A stretch of 64,000 bases of DNA from Candidatus Brocadiia bacterium (GCA_046538485.1 JBKHIT010000008.1:42857-106856), one strand, 5' to 3'. Counted from the first letter of the stretch, positions 19,207-29,413 are shown. Notes: generated by a model not told the origin, from the sequence alone. Numbers and translations: made by a program.

Positions 19207-21468
19207 ATGCTGAAACATCAGGTGAAAAACTTTTCGCGACCGAAACAGTCTCTGGGCATCGCAATCCTGACCATCGTGCTGTTACTTTCGGTCAATCTCA
19301 ATGGGGCACCCGCAGAAAATCAGAACGAAAAAGGATATCTGGAACACGCCAGTGAACTGATCAACGAAAAGAAATACAACCAGGCCATTCTTTTGCTGAA
19401 GAAGAACCTCCGGGAAATGCCACTGGACTCGCCCCACTTGTTTCGCGCGCTGGGCCGCCTGAGAACAGCAACGAAGCTATCGTGGGAAGGTAACCTTTAC
19501 GCGTCCGAAATCCGCCGCCTTTTAAATCGAATCCCCGAATCCAACCCGGGAGACGAGCGGCGTCGCGAGATCCATCAGAAATTGCTGTGCCGCCTCGCGA
19601 AGCATCACTATGATCGACGAGAATCATTCGCAGCGATTGAGGTATATGAAAAAGCCCTGGAACTTTCGACGGGAAACGAAAAAACGCGGCTCAAAAAGCG
19701 CCTGGCGAGTTTGTACGAAGAAGTGGGGGAGTTCGAAAAAGCACTTGAAATCAGAAAACAACAGCTCGCTGAATCACCCGACAGCCGCGCCCAACTTCGG
19801 CAGGTTGCCAAGCTCTATTTCCGCCTCGGCCAACAGGAAAAAGGCCTGGAACTGGTACATGATCGGGAAAATCCGGCGCTCACAGCAAGCCTGGCCCGAG
19901 AGTTGTATCGCGCCAAATTCCTGAACGAAGCCGAGCAGCTTGCTCGCCACGCCCGCCGTAACGGACAAAATCTCGACCGGTTGCTGGCGCGGATTCTGAA
20001 AGACCAGAAGAAATTCGATGAGGCGCTCTATCTCCTCACAGAACATTACCAGCAGATGAACCTTGAAAAACGCGGCACCTGGCGGGCACGCCGAACGGCC
20101 GAAGAAATAGCAGAGGTCCATCGTCATCGTGGCACACTTCCCGATGCCATCCTGAAAGCGGAAGAAAAACTTGCTGCCCTGCCTGAGGGCAAAGGACAAA
20201 GCCGGCAAAAATATCTGATACTCCTCTACAAGCTTCATGCAACCGCAGGGAACCACCAGAAAGCGCTCGAATACTGTCTCGCTTATCGAAAATATCTCGA
20301 CGAAAAAGACAAAAGACGTGTGGACAGTTGGATCGAAAAAGTGGGGCGCCCCGCCTTCCAGAGACTGCTATCGCGACGACAGATTGAAACGGCAGAGGAA
20401 CTCCTGGCAAATCTCGAGAAAAAAGGCATCAGCGGCACCTGGCTGGACTGCTGTCGCTACCACCTGCTTCTGCAGAGCGGGCAAGCTGAGGATGCCAGGT
20501 CATATCTGGCCAAACTGGAGAAAAAATGCGCCGATAAGGAATCGAAAATCTATGCTCTCGCCGAAGAATTCGCCAACTGGGGAAAAACAGCCGATTGCGT
20601 AAAACTCTGGGAAAACATTCTGGAATCAGAACCGCACAACAGCATCTACGATATCAATGCCCACGTCCGACTGGCGCGTTACCGCCTTGCAAAAGAACAA
20701 TACAGCAAAGCTGTCGAGCATTTTGACGCCGTGAACCGAAGCCTGACCGAACGCAGCATGGCCATCCTCCACGAAGAGTACTTCCGGCGTCTTGAAATGA
20801 AAGCGCGCTACGGGGCGGCCGATAGAAACGGGGATATCCTCGCAAAATTCCTTCAGGATGCCCGCCCCGTCAAACGCAGGGCTGCCGTCTGGTTCCTCGG
20901 ACGTGTCGGAGCACCCGAACACATCGAGAAGCTCAAAATGATCAGAAATGGTGCCTCTCCAAAACTGCTTTCACTCGTCGACGAAGCCATCACTTTGATC
21001 CAAACTCGTCACCTGACTGGTGAAGATCAAAGGGGACCGCGCTCGGAAAAAGAGTTTCAAGACGAGCTGGCCAAAATCGGCAAGGTTCTGTGGATAAAGG
21101 AAGATCCGTTCGCCAAAAACCAGCTCTGGGCCGCTTTCACGCACCATTTCCTCGTCAGGGCCGAGCTTGAAAAAGGCAAGATGTATCGCTATGAAGAAGA
21201 GATCCGATGGATCATCGACGGGGTTCCAGACGTCACGGCGGTCGCGTTTACGAAAAAACGAGTGTGGGTCGGCACCAATCACGGTCTCCTTTCCTACGAT
21301 CGCCAACGGAGTATGTGGGATGTGTTCGCAATCGGCGAAGAACCCGTTGATGTAAAAGTGATCGACGTTTCGGCGCGGGAAGACGGTCTTTATGTTACGA
21401 TCGCCACAAACAAGGATAATAAAACGTGGATTTACCGACTTGAGAAGCGACGCTGGGAAAAACCTTAA
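19207..21468 (+). CDS. Secreted TPR-repeat protein with a HEAT-like repeat and a C-terminal beta-rich domain
   Basis: Signal peptide, multiple TPR-like helices (LASLYEEVGEFEKALE), KRRAAVWFLGRVG and VWVGTNHGL. Confidence 0.7.
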   Translation: MLKHQVKNFSRPKQSLGIAILTIVLLLSVNLNGAPAENQNEKGYLEHASELINEKKYNQAILLLKKNLREMPLDSPHLFRALGRLRTATKLSWEGNLYASEIRRLLNRIPESNPGDERRREIHQKLLCRLAKHHYDRRESFAAIEVYEKALELSTGNEKTRLKKRLASLYEEVGEFEKALEIRKQQLAESPDSRAQLRQVAKLYFRLGQQEKGLELVHDRENPALTASLARELYRAKFLNEAEQLARHARRNGQNLDRLLARILKDQKKFDEALYLLTEHYQQMNLEKRGTWRARRTAEEIAEVHRHRGTLPDAILKAEEKLAALPEGKGQSRQKYLILLYKLHATAGNHQKALEYCLAYRKYLDEKDKRRVDSWIEKVGRPAFQRLLSRRQIETAEELLANLEKKGISGTWLDCCRYHLLLQSGQAEDARSYLAKLEKKCADKESKIYALAEEFANWGKTADCVKLWENILESEPHNSIYDINAHVRLARYRLAKEQYSKAVEHFDAVNRSLTERSMAILHEEYFRRLEMKARYGAADRNGDILAKFLQDARPVKRRAAVWFLGRVGAPEHIEKLKMIRNGASPKLLSLVDEAITLIQTRHLTGEDQRGPRSEKEFQDELAKIGKVLWIKEDPFAKNQLWAAFTHHFLVRAELEKGKMYRYEEEIRWIIDGVPDVTAVAFTKKRVWVGTNHGLLSYDRQRSMWDVFAIGEEPVDVKVIDVSAREDGLYVTIATNKDNKTWIYRLEKRRWEKP

Positions 21469-21482
21469 GAATCGGACAAATC

Positions 21483-22214
21483 ATGATTTCCGAATCCGAC
21501 GGACATTATCTTTTCAAGGCCGATCGCACTGAAGCAGACCGGGTTTACCTCGACGAAAGCGAAACCCGGCATCTCCGTTCCGTTCTGCGCGTCCAGAAAG
21601 GCGATACCGCATTCGTCACGCTGGGTCAGGGCCATATTTATCGCGTCGAAATCGAGTCTTTTCGGGATGGTGGTTGTGTGGGAAAGGTCCGGGAAAAGCA
21701 GACGCAACGCGCCGTTGAACCACAAATGGATTTTTACGTCGGTCTCCCGGACAAAACGCGTTTTGATCAAATGCTGGAACTTGTTGTGCCACTCGGGACT
21801 CGATCCGTAACCCCTGTCGAATGCGAATATTGTCAGAAAAAATGGTGGACAAAACGTTGGGCCAAAAAAGAAAAACGTTTCCAGCGCAAAATCGTGGCTT
21901 CCGCCAAACAATCATGGAATGCCCGATTCCCAAGATTATCGTCCCCTTTGAGCTTTGACGCGTCTGTGGAGCGCGCTTCGGGTGAGCTTTTGCTTGCCGA
22001 CCCCGAAGGCACGAAAGTAGAGGACGTGGAACTTCGCTCCGGGACAACCAATTCGTATTCCTGTTTTGTTGGCCCACCGGGAGGATTTTCGCCCGACGAA
22101 AAAGAAGCCCTGGAAACAAACGGCGCTGTGAAAATCTGGATTTCGCCTTTCAGATTACGGACCGAACTGGCCGCCGCGATCCTTGCCGGTTTGTTGGTCA
22201 GTCGCTTCGGATAA
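21483..22214 (+). CDS. rsmE: 16S rRNA m3U1498 methyltransferase
   Basis: HLRSVLRV, AKQS, VGPPGGFS and LRTELAA (SPOUT motifs). Confidence 0.9.
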   Translation: MISESDGHYLFKADRTEADRVYLDESETRHLRSVLRVQKGDTAFVTLGQGHIYRVEIESFRDGGCVGKVREKQTQRAVEPQMDFYVGLPDKTRFDQMLELVVPLGTRSVTPVECEYCQKKWWTKRWAKKEKRFQRKIVASAKQSWNARFPRLSSPLSFDASVERASGELLLADPEGTKVEDVELRSGTTNSYSCFVGPPGGFSPDEKEALETNGAVKIWISPFRLRTELAAAILAGLLVSRFG

Positions 22215-22260
22215 GATACAGCAAATGACCGGGGCAAAGGAAAAAAGCAGAAAGATAAAA

Positions 22261-22400
22261 ATGGAATTCAATCCTGATTTTGAAGAAGCTGTCCCGCATT
22301 TGAAAGCCTTCTGGCACGGTGAATTCATAGATCGACCATGCATGGATGTCACCGCACCTGAAACGCTCCGAGACTCTCGCCCATTGGGTAAATCTGAATC
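22261..22400 (+). pseudogene. 5' fragment of a uroporphyrinogen-decarboxylase/methyltransferase-like gene
   Basis: MEFNPDFEEAVPHLKAFWHGEFIDRPCMDVTAP resembles the N-terminus of that family (recalled, not searched). The frame then becomes an antisense shadow of rsmI. Confidence 0.45.
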
Positions 22401-22422
22401 CCGTCTTCGGAGGCTCTATCCC

Positions 22423-23133
22423 CTATTTTTCGGGGACGGGCGAGTTACGCATATCGAGTGCGATCACAAATTCTCCGCGCCATTTTTGCCCCTGTTTCTC
22501 CACAATGACATCCTCAACGGCCCCTCGCAGGCGTTCCTCGTGGACTTTTGTCGCCTCCCGGATCACGGCAATGCGTGTGCGCGGCCCCAGGACATCCGCG
22601 ATATCCTCCAGAACGCGATCGATCCTGTGCACAGACGCAAATATAAAAAACGTGGTTTCCTGTCCGACCAACTGTTCGAAGAAACGTCGCCTTTGCCCCG
22701 TTTTCCGCGGCGGATACCCCAAAAATGTGAACTGGTCCACCGGAAACCCCGACGCAAGCACGGCAAAGGTCAGGGACGATGGGCCGGGGACGATAATCGG
22801 TTCGATGTCCCGTTTCAAAGCCTCCCGGACGATGAGAAAACCGGGATCAGAAATGCCGGGAGTTCCTGCGTCAGTAACCACTGCTATTCGTTGTCCCGCA
22901 ACCACTTTATCAAGAATCTCAGGCGTTTTTTTGTGTTCATTATGGGCATGATAGGAAATCAACGACGTATGAATATCGAAGTGACTGCAGAGTTTCCGCG
23001 TCCGGCGGGTATCCTCCGCCGCGATGATATCGGCTTCCTCAAGAAACCGCTGCGCTCTCAAGGTGATATCTTCAAGATTGCCGATTGGCGTTGCCACAAG
23101 GGCAAGCCAGCCATTTTGATTCTTTGAAACCAT
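22423..23133 (-). CDS. rsmI: 16S rRNA C1402 2'-O-methyltransferase
   Basis: VATPIGNLEDITLRA, AEDTR, DAGTPGISDPG and REATKVHEE. Confidence 0.95.
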   Translation of the reverse strand: MVSKNQNGWLALVATPIGNLEDITLRAQRFLEEADIIAAEDTRRTRKLCSHFDIHTSLISYHAHNEHKKTPEILDKVVAGQRIAVVTDAGTPGISDPGFLIVREALKRDIEPIIVPGPSSLTFAVLASGFPVDQFTFLGYPPRKTGQRRRFFEQLVGQETTFFIFASVHRIDRVLEDIADVLGPRTRIAVIREATKVHEERLRGAVEDVIVEKQGQKWRGEFVIALDMRNSPVPEK

Positions 23134-23376
23134 GGGCCTCACAGGGTGGGAAGTTCCGTTAACCCACAAACAGACTTGGCCACCAACGACAAAAAGTCAA
23201 GCGTGCTGCATTTAAACCGACTGCTTTTTTTGCAGATGGCGTGCCATTCCAGTTATTCTAAGGGAAATCCTGCATTCTGATCATGGTCCTCCGGCGGGTT
23301 TTTGCTTGCCTGACATGTCGGTGGAAAGCTTGAATCTTTTGCGCTGTGGAACGATGGCTTTATAAGAGACCTTGAA

Positions 23377-24675
23377 ATGTTCAGCTGGCTTTTAAACGCC
23401 TTGTATATGGATTTGCTGCTCGCTGTTTCCCCGTACTGGCTGACGCTTCTGCCACGGGCTCGACGCTACAGGTGCGGGTTGCTGGAACGCGCCGGCTTCA
23501 GTCCGGTTTTAACCAAACAAACCAGGCGACTCTGGATCCATTGCGCGAGCGTTGGCGAGGCCAGTATTCCCAGGCAACTCGTTTCAGATTTCACCGATCG
23601 CCATCCCGATTGGGATGTTGTATTCTCCACCTGGACAGATACCGGGGCAGACCGTTTACATAAGCTCTATCCCGACGCGACGGTCTTTTACTGGCCGCTT
23701 GATATCTCCCTGTCCGTGGACGCGGCCCTCAACAGGGTCCGTCCGGATGCCATTATGTTGGTCGAACAGGAATTATGGCCGAATTTCCTGCTCCGGTGCC
23801 GGAAACGCGATATTCCGGTAGCCATCATCAACGGCCGAATCAACCCGGGTTCCGTCCGATTACTGCGGGGGCTAAATCGGCTCGTGAAACCATTATGGGA
23901 CCCGGTGGAACTTTGTTGTAGCCGTAGCGACACCGACGCGCAACGTTTTATTAACGCCGGACTGACCGCTGAGAGGGTCATCAATACCGGATCGTTGAAA
24001 TATGATTCCCTTCCCCTGGAAGTCGATCCCGTGACACAACGTGATTTGGCGGAGCTGTTTGGATTGAAAAAAGACCAGCCCGTAATCGTCGGGGGCAGCA
24101 CGCATCCCGGGGAAGAAGAAATTTTATGCCACATATGGAAACGACTTCGGCGGAGCCATGCGGACCTGCAACTGCTGCTCGCACCGCGTCATATTGAGCG
24201 AGCGAACTCTCTTGCGGCCGATCTGAAATCGCAGGGATTTTCCGTCGTTCGGAAAACCGAACTCGAAAAAAACAGTGTTCGCCCCGGAGACGATTCCGTG
24301 ATCCTTGTCGATACCATCGGCGATCTTGTCACATGCTACTCGTTGGCAACATGCGTTTTCGTGGGCCGGAGCCTGCTGCCACCCGGTGGCGGGCAGAACA
24401 TGATGGAGCCCGCGGGGCTCGGGAAACCGGTGCTCGTGGGTCCTCACACGGATAATTTTCAACCGGAGATGAAACTTCTTCGCAAGAACAATGCCGTTAA
24501 AATTGCAGAAGACGAGGCCGCTTTGCAAAAAGAACTGGGGACAATTCTCAGGGATAACACAGAGGCCCAGAAAATGGGACAGCGCGCGCGCCAAACCGTC
24601 ATTGCCAACCGTGGCGCGACCGAGGATTCACTGAACCGCCTGGAAAAGGTTCTCAGTGACAAGGGACTCCTGTGA
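23377..24675 (+). CDS. waaA: 3-deoxy-D-manno-octulosonic acid transferase
   Basis: WIHCASVGE, EQELWPN, TGSLKYD, GSTHPGEE, LAPRHIER and GGQNMMEPA. Confidence 0.95.
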   Translation: MFSWLLNALYMDLLLAVSPYWLTLLPRARRYRCGLLERAGFSPVLTKQTRRLWIHCASVGEASIPRQLVSDFTDRHPDWDVVFSTWTDTGADRLHKLYPDATVFYWPLDISLSVDAALNRVRPDAIMLVEQELWPNFLLRCRKRDIPVAIINGRINPGSVRLLRGLNRLVKPLWDPVELCCSRSDTDAQRFINAGLTAERVINTGSLKYDSLPLEVDPVTQRDLAELFGLKKDQPVIVGGSTHPGEEEILCHIWKRLRRSHADLQLLLAPRHIERANSLAADLKSQGFSVVRKTELEKNSVRPGDDSVILVDTIGDLVTCYSLATCVFVGRSLLPPGGGQNMMEPAGLGKPVLVGPHTDNFQPEMKLLRKNNAVKIAEDEAALQKELGTILRDNTEAQKMGQRARQTVIANRGATEDSLNRLEKVLSDKGLL

Positions 24676-24828
24676 GCGGGGCGAACCATTTGTGTTGATC
24701 AGCAATGCTGGCACAGTCGGGACTTAGCGGTAGGCAGAAAAAGTTTTTACCCCAGAATCCAGATTGCAGAGCCGTTGAGAAGATGGCTTAGCCTCAAGAA
24801 CCGGTTTTTCACCCCATTGGCCCCCCGC

Positions 24829-24871
24829 GAGCGGACTGGACTTCAGCCGCAGGCTGGAGTTCAGAATGCGG
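24829..24871. repeat. REP-like family A, copy 2
   Basis: gagcggactggacttcagccgcaggctggagttcagaatgcgg. Confidence 0.85.
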
Positions 24872-24953
24872 GCCGATTGAGTTGGATCTCCGCGCATCTT
24901 GACATCTGTGAGCCACTGCCCGCCTCAAGTCCAGTTTCGCCCTCCGCTGGCGG

Positions 24954-24976
24954 GCTCAGCTGAACTCGAGTCTGCA
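24954..24976. repeat. REP-like family B copy
   Basis: gctcagctgaactcgagtctgca; related copies at 40861, 61624 and 62190. Confidence 0.65.
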
Positions 24977-25246
24977 GGATACGTGGTCGAGAAGCGGGGT
25001 TGCAGGCTTACAGAATGATTGAGACCAGAGATAAGGTTTATATTACAATAACCTTTAACGACTTTTCCGAAGGAAACTTGAGGGATTTGCGCACATCTGG
25101 GTTGCATCTGTGTGCAAATCCAAAGAGACTACCTTCACGGGGTTCCTTCCCTCTACAGGAGAGAATTGTTAACTTCTCAAACCTTGCAGGGGATCAGAGG
25201 AATCCCGTCCTTTACGATATCAAATTCCTTGAGGCACGCAAAAAAC

Positions 25247-25275
25247 TTGACGTATCCTCTGCGGAAAACTACTAT
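25247..25275 (+). promoter_or_regulatory. Putative sigma70 promoter of pilT
   Basis: TTGACG-N17-TACTAT, 50 nt upstream of ATG 25325. Confidence 0.55.
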
Positions 25276-25324
25276 AAGTGAGGTTTTTTGAGACATTCTT
25301 TTGAGTATTTAAGAGGTATCATAT

Positions 25325-26548
25325 ATGGCAAAAATCGACAAGTTTCTACATTTCCTCGCGGAAAATAAAGGGTCGGACCTCCATGTAAAGACAGGGACCC
25401 CCCCGCTTCTGCGTATCGATGGTAAATTGGAACGCATGAAGATGTCGCCGTTTAAGGCCGAGCAGGTCAAAGCCCTGGCCATGGAAATTATGCCGGATAA
25501 AAACCGCAAGGAATGGGAAAGTACAAATGACACGGACTTTGCATATGAAATCCCTGATCTGGGTCGTTTCCGAACGAACATCTACAGAGACATTCAAGGG
25601 CCCGCAATATGCATGCGGATGATTCCCTTTGAGATGTTGACGGTTGATGACCTTGGTCTCCCCGCGCCGATACGGAACCTTGCCCTGTTGCCCAAAGGAA
25701 TCGTGCTCTGTACAGGGCCAACAGGCTGCGGCAAAACCACGACACTGGCCGCTCTGTTGGAATATGCAAATAAACGGAGAAAAGACCATATCATCACCAT
25801 TGAGGATCCCGTTGAATTCGTTCACGAGAACGAAGGCTGCATAATCAGTCACCGCGAGGTGGGAGAGCATACGCAAGGGTTCCAACGGGCACTGCGGGCG
25901 GGACTTCGAGAAGACCCTGACATCATTCTGGTAGGTGAGTTGCGTGATCTGGAAACCACGGCTCTGGCCCTTGAGTCTGCGGAAACCGGTCACCTGGTAT
26001 TCGGAACTGTCCATACCACGACAGCCAGCAGTACTGTCGATCGTATCATTGACCAATTCCCACCCGATCAGCAGGCCCAAATCCGGGTTATGCTCGCCAA
26101 TACGCTTAAATGTGTCATCACACAGATGCTCTGCCGCAAAAAAGGTGGTGGCCGAGTGGCTGCTTTTGAAATCCTCTATGTGCACAGCGCCGTGACCAAC
26201 CTGATACGCGAAAGCAAAACGTTTCAGCTTCCCTCGATCATCCAGACGGGGAAGAAATACGGCATGTGCACTATGAATGAATCGCTGATGGAACTGGTCT
26301 ACGAAGGCACTATCACAGTCGATGAAGCTTACAGCAACTCAGTGGACAAGCAGGACATGAACGAGCGGGTGAATGAATACCTGTTGTACGCGGTAACCGA
26401 GGGCGATATGACGCCCGTGGAAGCCGTGAGCCAGTCTTATTTCCGGCCGGGGATGATGGATCGTCTCCGCGACGCCGGTTACAGCAAAGTCGTTGAAAAA
26501 ATGGACCTTGACCAGTTCGAGGAAAAGACAGCAATGGGCGCAACATAA
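25325..26548 (+). CDS. pilT: Type IV pilus retraction ATPase
   Basis: GSDLHV, GPTGCGKTTT, ITIEDPVE, LREDPDIILVGELRD and AETGHLVFGTVHT. Confidence 0.93.
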   Translation: MAKIDKFLHFLAENKGSDLHVKTGTPPLLRIDGKLERMKMSPFKAEQVKALAMEIMPDKNRKEWESTNDTDFAYEIPDLGRFRTNIYRDIQGPAICMRMIPFEMLTVDDLGLPAPIRNLALLPKGIVLCTGPTGCGKTTTLAALLEYANKRRKDHIITIEDPVEFVHENEGCIISHREVGEHTQGFQRALRAGLREDPDIILVGELRDLETTALALESAETGHLVFGTVHTTTASSTVDRIIDQFPPDQQAQIRVMLANTLKCVITQMLCRKKGGGRVAAFEILYVHSAVTNLIRESKTFQLPSIIQTGKKYGMCTMNESLMELVYEGTITVDEAYSNSVDKQDMNERVNEYLLYAVTEGDMTPVEAVSQSYFRPGMMDRLRDAGYSKVVEKMDLDQFEEKTAMGAT

Positions 26549-26611
26549 CCTCTCCGCAACGGAGAGAATTCTCTTCAAATTGAACGTTGTCTCACCCGGA
26601 GAAACTCCACC

Positions 26612-27328
26612 GTGGAAGAAATCTTTTCACTCACAAAAGACCAGTCACGTCAGATCGACAAAATAGCTATGGACGAATACGGCATTAAAGGCGTAATGCT
26701 GATGGAAAATGCCGGGCGAGCCTCCGCCGCCGAAGCCGCTGATATGCTCGGCGACACCCGGGATGCCGACGTCACGATATTCTGCGGTAAAGGCAATAAC
26801 GGCGGTGACGGATTTGTCGTCGCCCGGCACCTGTCAAACTGGGGATGCTCTGTCAACATTTATCTCTCCGGTAAAATCAACTCGATCCTCCGCGAAGCCG
26901 CCGACACAGCCGTAAACCTTGAAATCGCCCTGAACATGAATTTGCCGATAACCGAAATTGAGAACAAGGGAGATGTCCAAAAAAGCCTTGACGACGCTCG
27001 CGAAGGCAAATTGATGGTGGACGCACTCCTCGGCACCGGGATAAGCGGTGAGGTAAGAGGGCTCTACAAGCCTCTCATCGAAGGTATCAACTCGCTGCCG
27101 GTCCCCGTTCTTGCGATCGACGTTCCTTCAGGGCTGGATTGCGATACCGGAAAACCACTCGGTGTCGCCGTGCAGGCAGAGAGAACGGCAACTTTCGTTA
27201 CCAAAAAACAGGGCTACAACAGTCCCGAAGCCGGCGAATATATCGGCCAACTGAAAGTGATCGATATCGGCGTCCCGCGCCGTATGCTGGAACAAAGGGC
27301 ACAGGAATGGGGGGCAAAAAAGGAGTGA
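26612..27328 (+). CDS. nnrE: NAD(P)H-hydrate epimerase (stand-alone YjeF-N)
   Basis: [26 protein letters not shown] and AIDVPSG. Confidence 0.92.
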   Translation: MEEIFSLTKDQSRQIDKIAMDEYGIKGVMLMENAGRASAAEAADMLGDTRDADVTIFCGKGNNGGDGFVVARHLSNWGCSVNIYLSGKINSILREAADTAVNLEIALNMNLPITEIENKGDVQKSLDDAREGKLMVDALLGTGISGEVRGLYKPLIEGINSLPVPVLAIDVPSGLDCDTGKPLGVAVQAERTATFVTKKQGYNSPEAGEYIGQLKVIDIGVPRRMLEQRAQEWGAKKE

Positions 27329-27789
27329 TCATCTATCTCTCAGCGCCCGTCTTCACTCAGGTGCAGCGACGGTGGAACAGACTACTCGCCGCGGAAGTCG
27401 AAAAACAAATCGAAGGCGCGAAAGTAATACTTCCCCAAGATTTTAAGTTCAGCGCAGCTTTCAATCGGTCTGAAGATTTCCGGGAACTCTTTCACACCTG
27501 TCTGGACAAAATTGAGGACGCTGATCTCGTGATCGCCGTGCTGGACGGGCCAGACGCTGACAGCGGAACCAGTTTTGAAGTCGGATATGCCTGTGCCCGC
27601 GAAATACCCATTATCGGTATTCGAACGGACTATCGAAAAAGCCAGGACCTGGGTGTCAACTTGATGCTCGCGCAAGCATGCAGCGAATTACTGAGAGAGA
27701 TGTCCTTCAGCGAAGATCTGGAGCAGTTGGTTCGAGATCTGACGGGCAAGATCCTCGTGGCACTGCGCAAAATCGATAAGCGCGAATAG
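27325..27789 (+). CDS. Nucleoside 2-deoxyribosyltransferase family protein
   Basis: IYLSAPVF, LPQD, DSGTSFEVGYA, RTDYR and NLML; the GTG start overlaps the nnrE stop (GTGA). Confidence 0.88.
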   Translation: MIIYLSAPVFTQVQRRWNRLLAAEVEKQIEGAKVILPQDFKFSAAFNRSEDFRELFHTCLDKIEDADLVIAVLDGPDADSGTSFEVGYACAREIPIIGIRTDYRKSQDLGVNLMLAQACSELLREMSFSEDLEQLVRDLTGKILVALRKIDKRE

Positions 27790-27802
27790 ACGGATTAAAC
27801 CA

Positions 27803-28489
27803 TCAGTCGTCCCTCAATTCATCGGTAAAAACACACCAGGTTTGCACCGGACATTTCTCGCATTCGGGACTGGAGGGGTGACAAAGCTCCCTCCCATGTT
27901 CGATCATGTTCAGGTGAGCTGAATATTTGCGTTTATCGGGGACAAGCTCATCGAGCCGTTTGTGCGCTTTGATGCGGCTGCAATCCGCCGGGATAAGGCG
28001 GAGCCTCTGCCCTACTCGAAGCACATGCGTGTCAACTACAAAAGTGGGTTTGCCAAATCCAAATAGCAAAGCAAGACGCGCAGTTTTCACCCCGATACCC
28101 TTAATCTGGGTGAGTTTTTTTTCCGCCTCTTCCGCCGAGAGGGGCTCCAAAAAATTCAACGAATACTCGCCCCGCTCTCCCAACCAGTCAAGTAGTTCTC
28201 CTATGGCAGCCGCTTTTTGATCGGCCAGCCCCCCACATTTGATAGCTTCTGCGATTTGAGGATTTGTTGCCCCGGCCATCTCCTCCCAAGATCCATAAGA
28301 AACCTTTAACTCATTCCAGGCTCGACCGCTGTTAAGGTCACTGGTGTTTTGGGACAGGATGCCGTGGACGAGCACTTCCAGAGGATCAGAATCAGCCCGT
28401 GAAGGGATCCCATAACTTTCTGCAAGAGCATCGAGAACTGGACCGATTTTTTCTTTCGGCTCCGAAAGTTGTGGGGTGGGGGATGGCAT
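27803..28489 (-). CDS. nth: Endonuclease III / HhH-GPD DNA glycosylase
   Basis: ILSQNTSD, HhH motif IKGIGVKTA, VDTHVLRV and the 4Fe-4S motif C-X6-C-X2-C-X5-C. Confidence 0.88.
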   Translation of the reverse strand: MPSPTPQLSEPKEKIGPVLDALAESYGIPSRADSDPLEVLVHGILSQNTSDLNSGRAWNELKVSYGSWEEMAGATNPQIAEAIKCGGLADQKAAAIGELLDWLGERGEYSLNFLEPLSAEEAEKKLTQIKGIGVKTARLALLFGFGKPTFVVDTHVLRVGQRLRLIPADCSRIKAHKRLDELVPDKRKYSAHLNMIEHGRELCHPSSPECEKCPVQTWCVFTDELRDD

Positions 28490-28506
28490 ATTTGGTGGGA
28501 TATAAT

Positions 28507-29412
28507 TCAGGGAATGCGTTGCAGAACTTCGCGATTGTAGCGTTCTTCAAGCTCGGGACGTTGCTGGTAATGTCTAAGCGCTTCCAGGCAGGTTCTAATT
28601 TTATCGATCCGTGCGTTAGGATCGGGGTGGGTTTTGAAAACTTCGAAAGCGATCTCACCGTTGGATTCCGCAGATTTCTGCAAAAACGGAAGCAACCCTC
28701 CGGGATGGTAGCCGGCACGGTAGGCATAACGTGTACCCGCAAGGTCAGCTTTTATCTCATAGCGCTGATCGTACCCCTGATGAGCCAATTTGTTGTACGA
28801 TTCATCGACAAATTGTCGATATTGGCTTACATCTTCATCGAGTTCCGCTGCAAAATCCACAAGGCTCCGGATGCGCCGGTCGCGCAAGGTAATTTCAAGT
28901 CCGTGCTTTTCAGCAATGTGCGCGATTTCATGTCCCAAAATCGCCGCGAGTTCGCTTTCGCTGTGCAACATTCTCAAAAGCTGCGTCGATACAAAAACGA
29001 ACCCTCCCGGCAAAGCCAGAGCCGTTGGATCTTCATTTTCCACGACAGCAAAAGAATAAGGAAGGGTAGGCCTGTCGCTCTGAAGTGCTACCAAAGTGCC
29101 CACCCGGGTGACATACTCATTGAGATCGCGGGCTTTGCACGGTTTCCCGAAACTGGCAAATGCCTTTACCGCAAGGCTCTGCCCCATTGCGATTTCTTCC
29201 GCCGTATCGATCTCGGTTATCATCGCGTGAGCGGCATCAAGACCTTTCAGGATTTTTGTGCAATCCTCCTCACCCAGGATTTCGGGGGTTTGTTCCAGAA
29301 TTACTCGGCTGGTCCTGACACCCTCTTTCATAGCTTCGCAGGTAGTAAACACGAACGGTAGCAGCAAAATGGCAAGACACCGAAGAAGTAACTTTTGTAA
29401 TGAAATCCTCAT
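28507..29412 (-). CDS. M48 family metalloprotease, probable lipoprotein
   Basis: Lipobox-like FTTC, ALPGGFVFV, ELAAILGHEIAH, EIKAD and THP. Confidence 0.88.
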   Translation of the reverse strand: MRISLQKLLLRCLAILLLPFVFTTCEAMKEGVRTSRVILEQTPEILGEEDCTKILKGLDAAHAMITEIDTAEEIAMGQSLAVKAFASFGKPCKARDLNEYVTRVGTLVALQSDRPTLPYSFAVVENEDPTALALPGGFVFVSTQLLRMLHSESELAAILGHEIAHIAEKHGLEITLRDRRIRSLVDFAAELDEDVSQYRQFVDESYNKLAHQGYDQRYEIKADLAGTRYAYRAGYHPGGLLPFLQKSAESNGEIAFEVFKTHPDPNARIDKIRTCLEALRHYQQRPELEERYNREVLQRIP

Positions 29413-29413
29413 T

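Noticed and set aside
22183..23127. 314-aa plus-strand ORF as a full gene
   Set aside because: Only about 35-45 codons look protein-like; the rest is antisense to rsmI.
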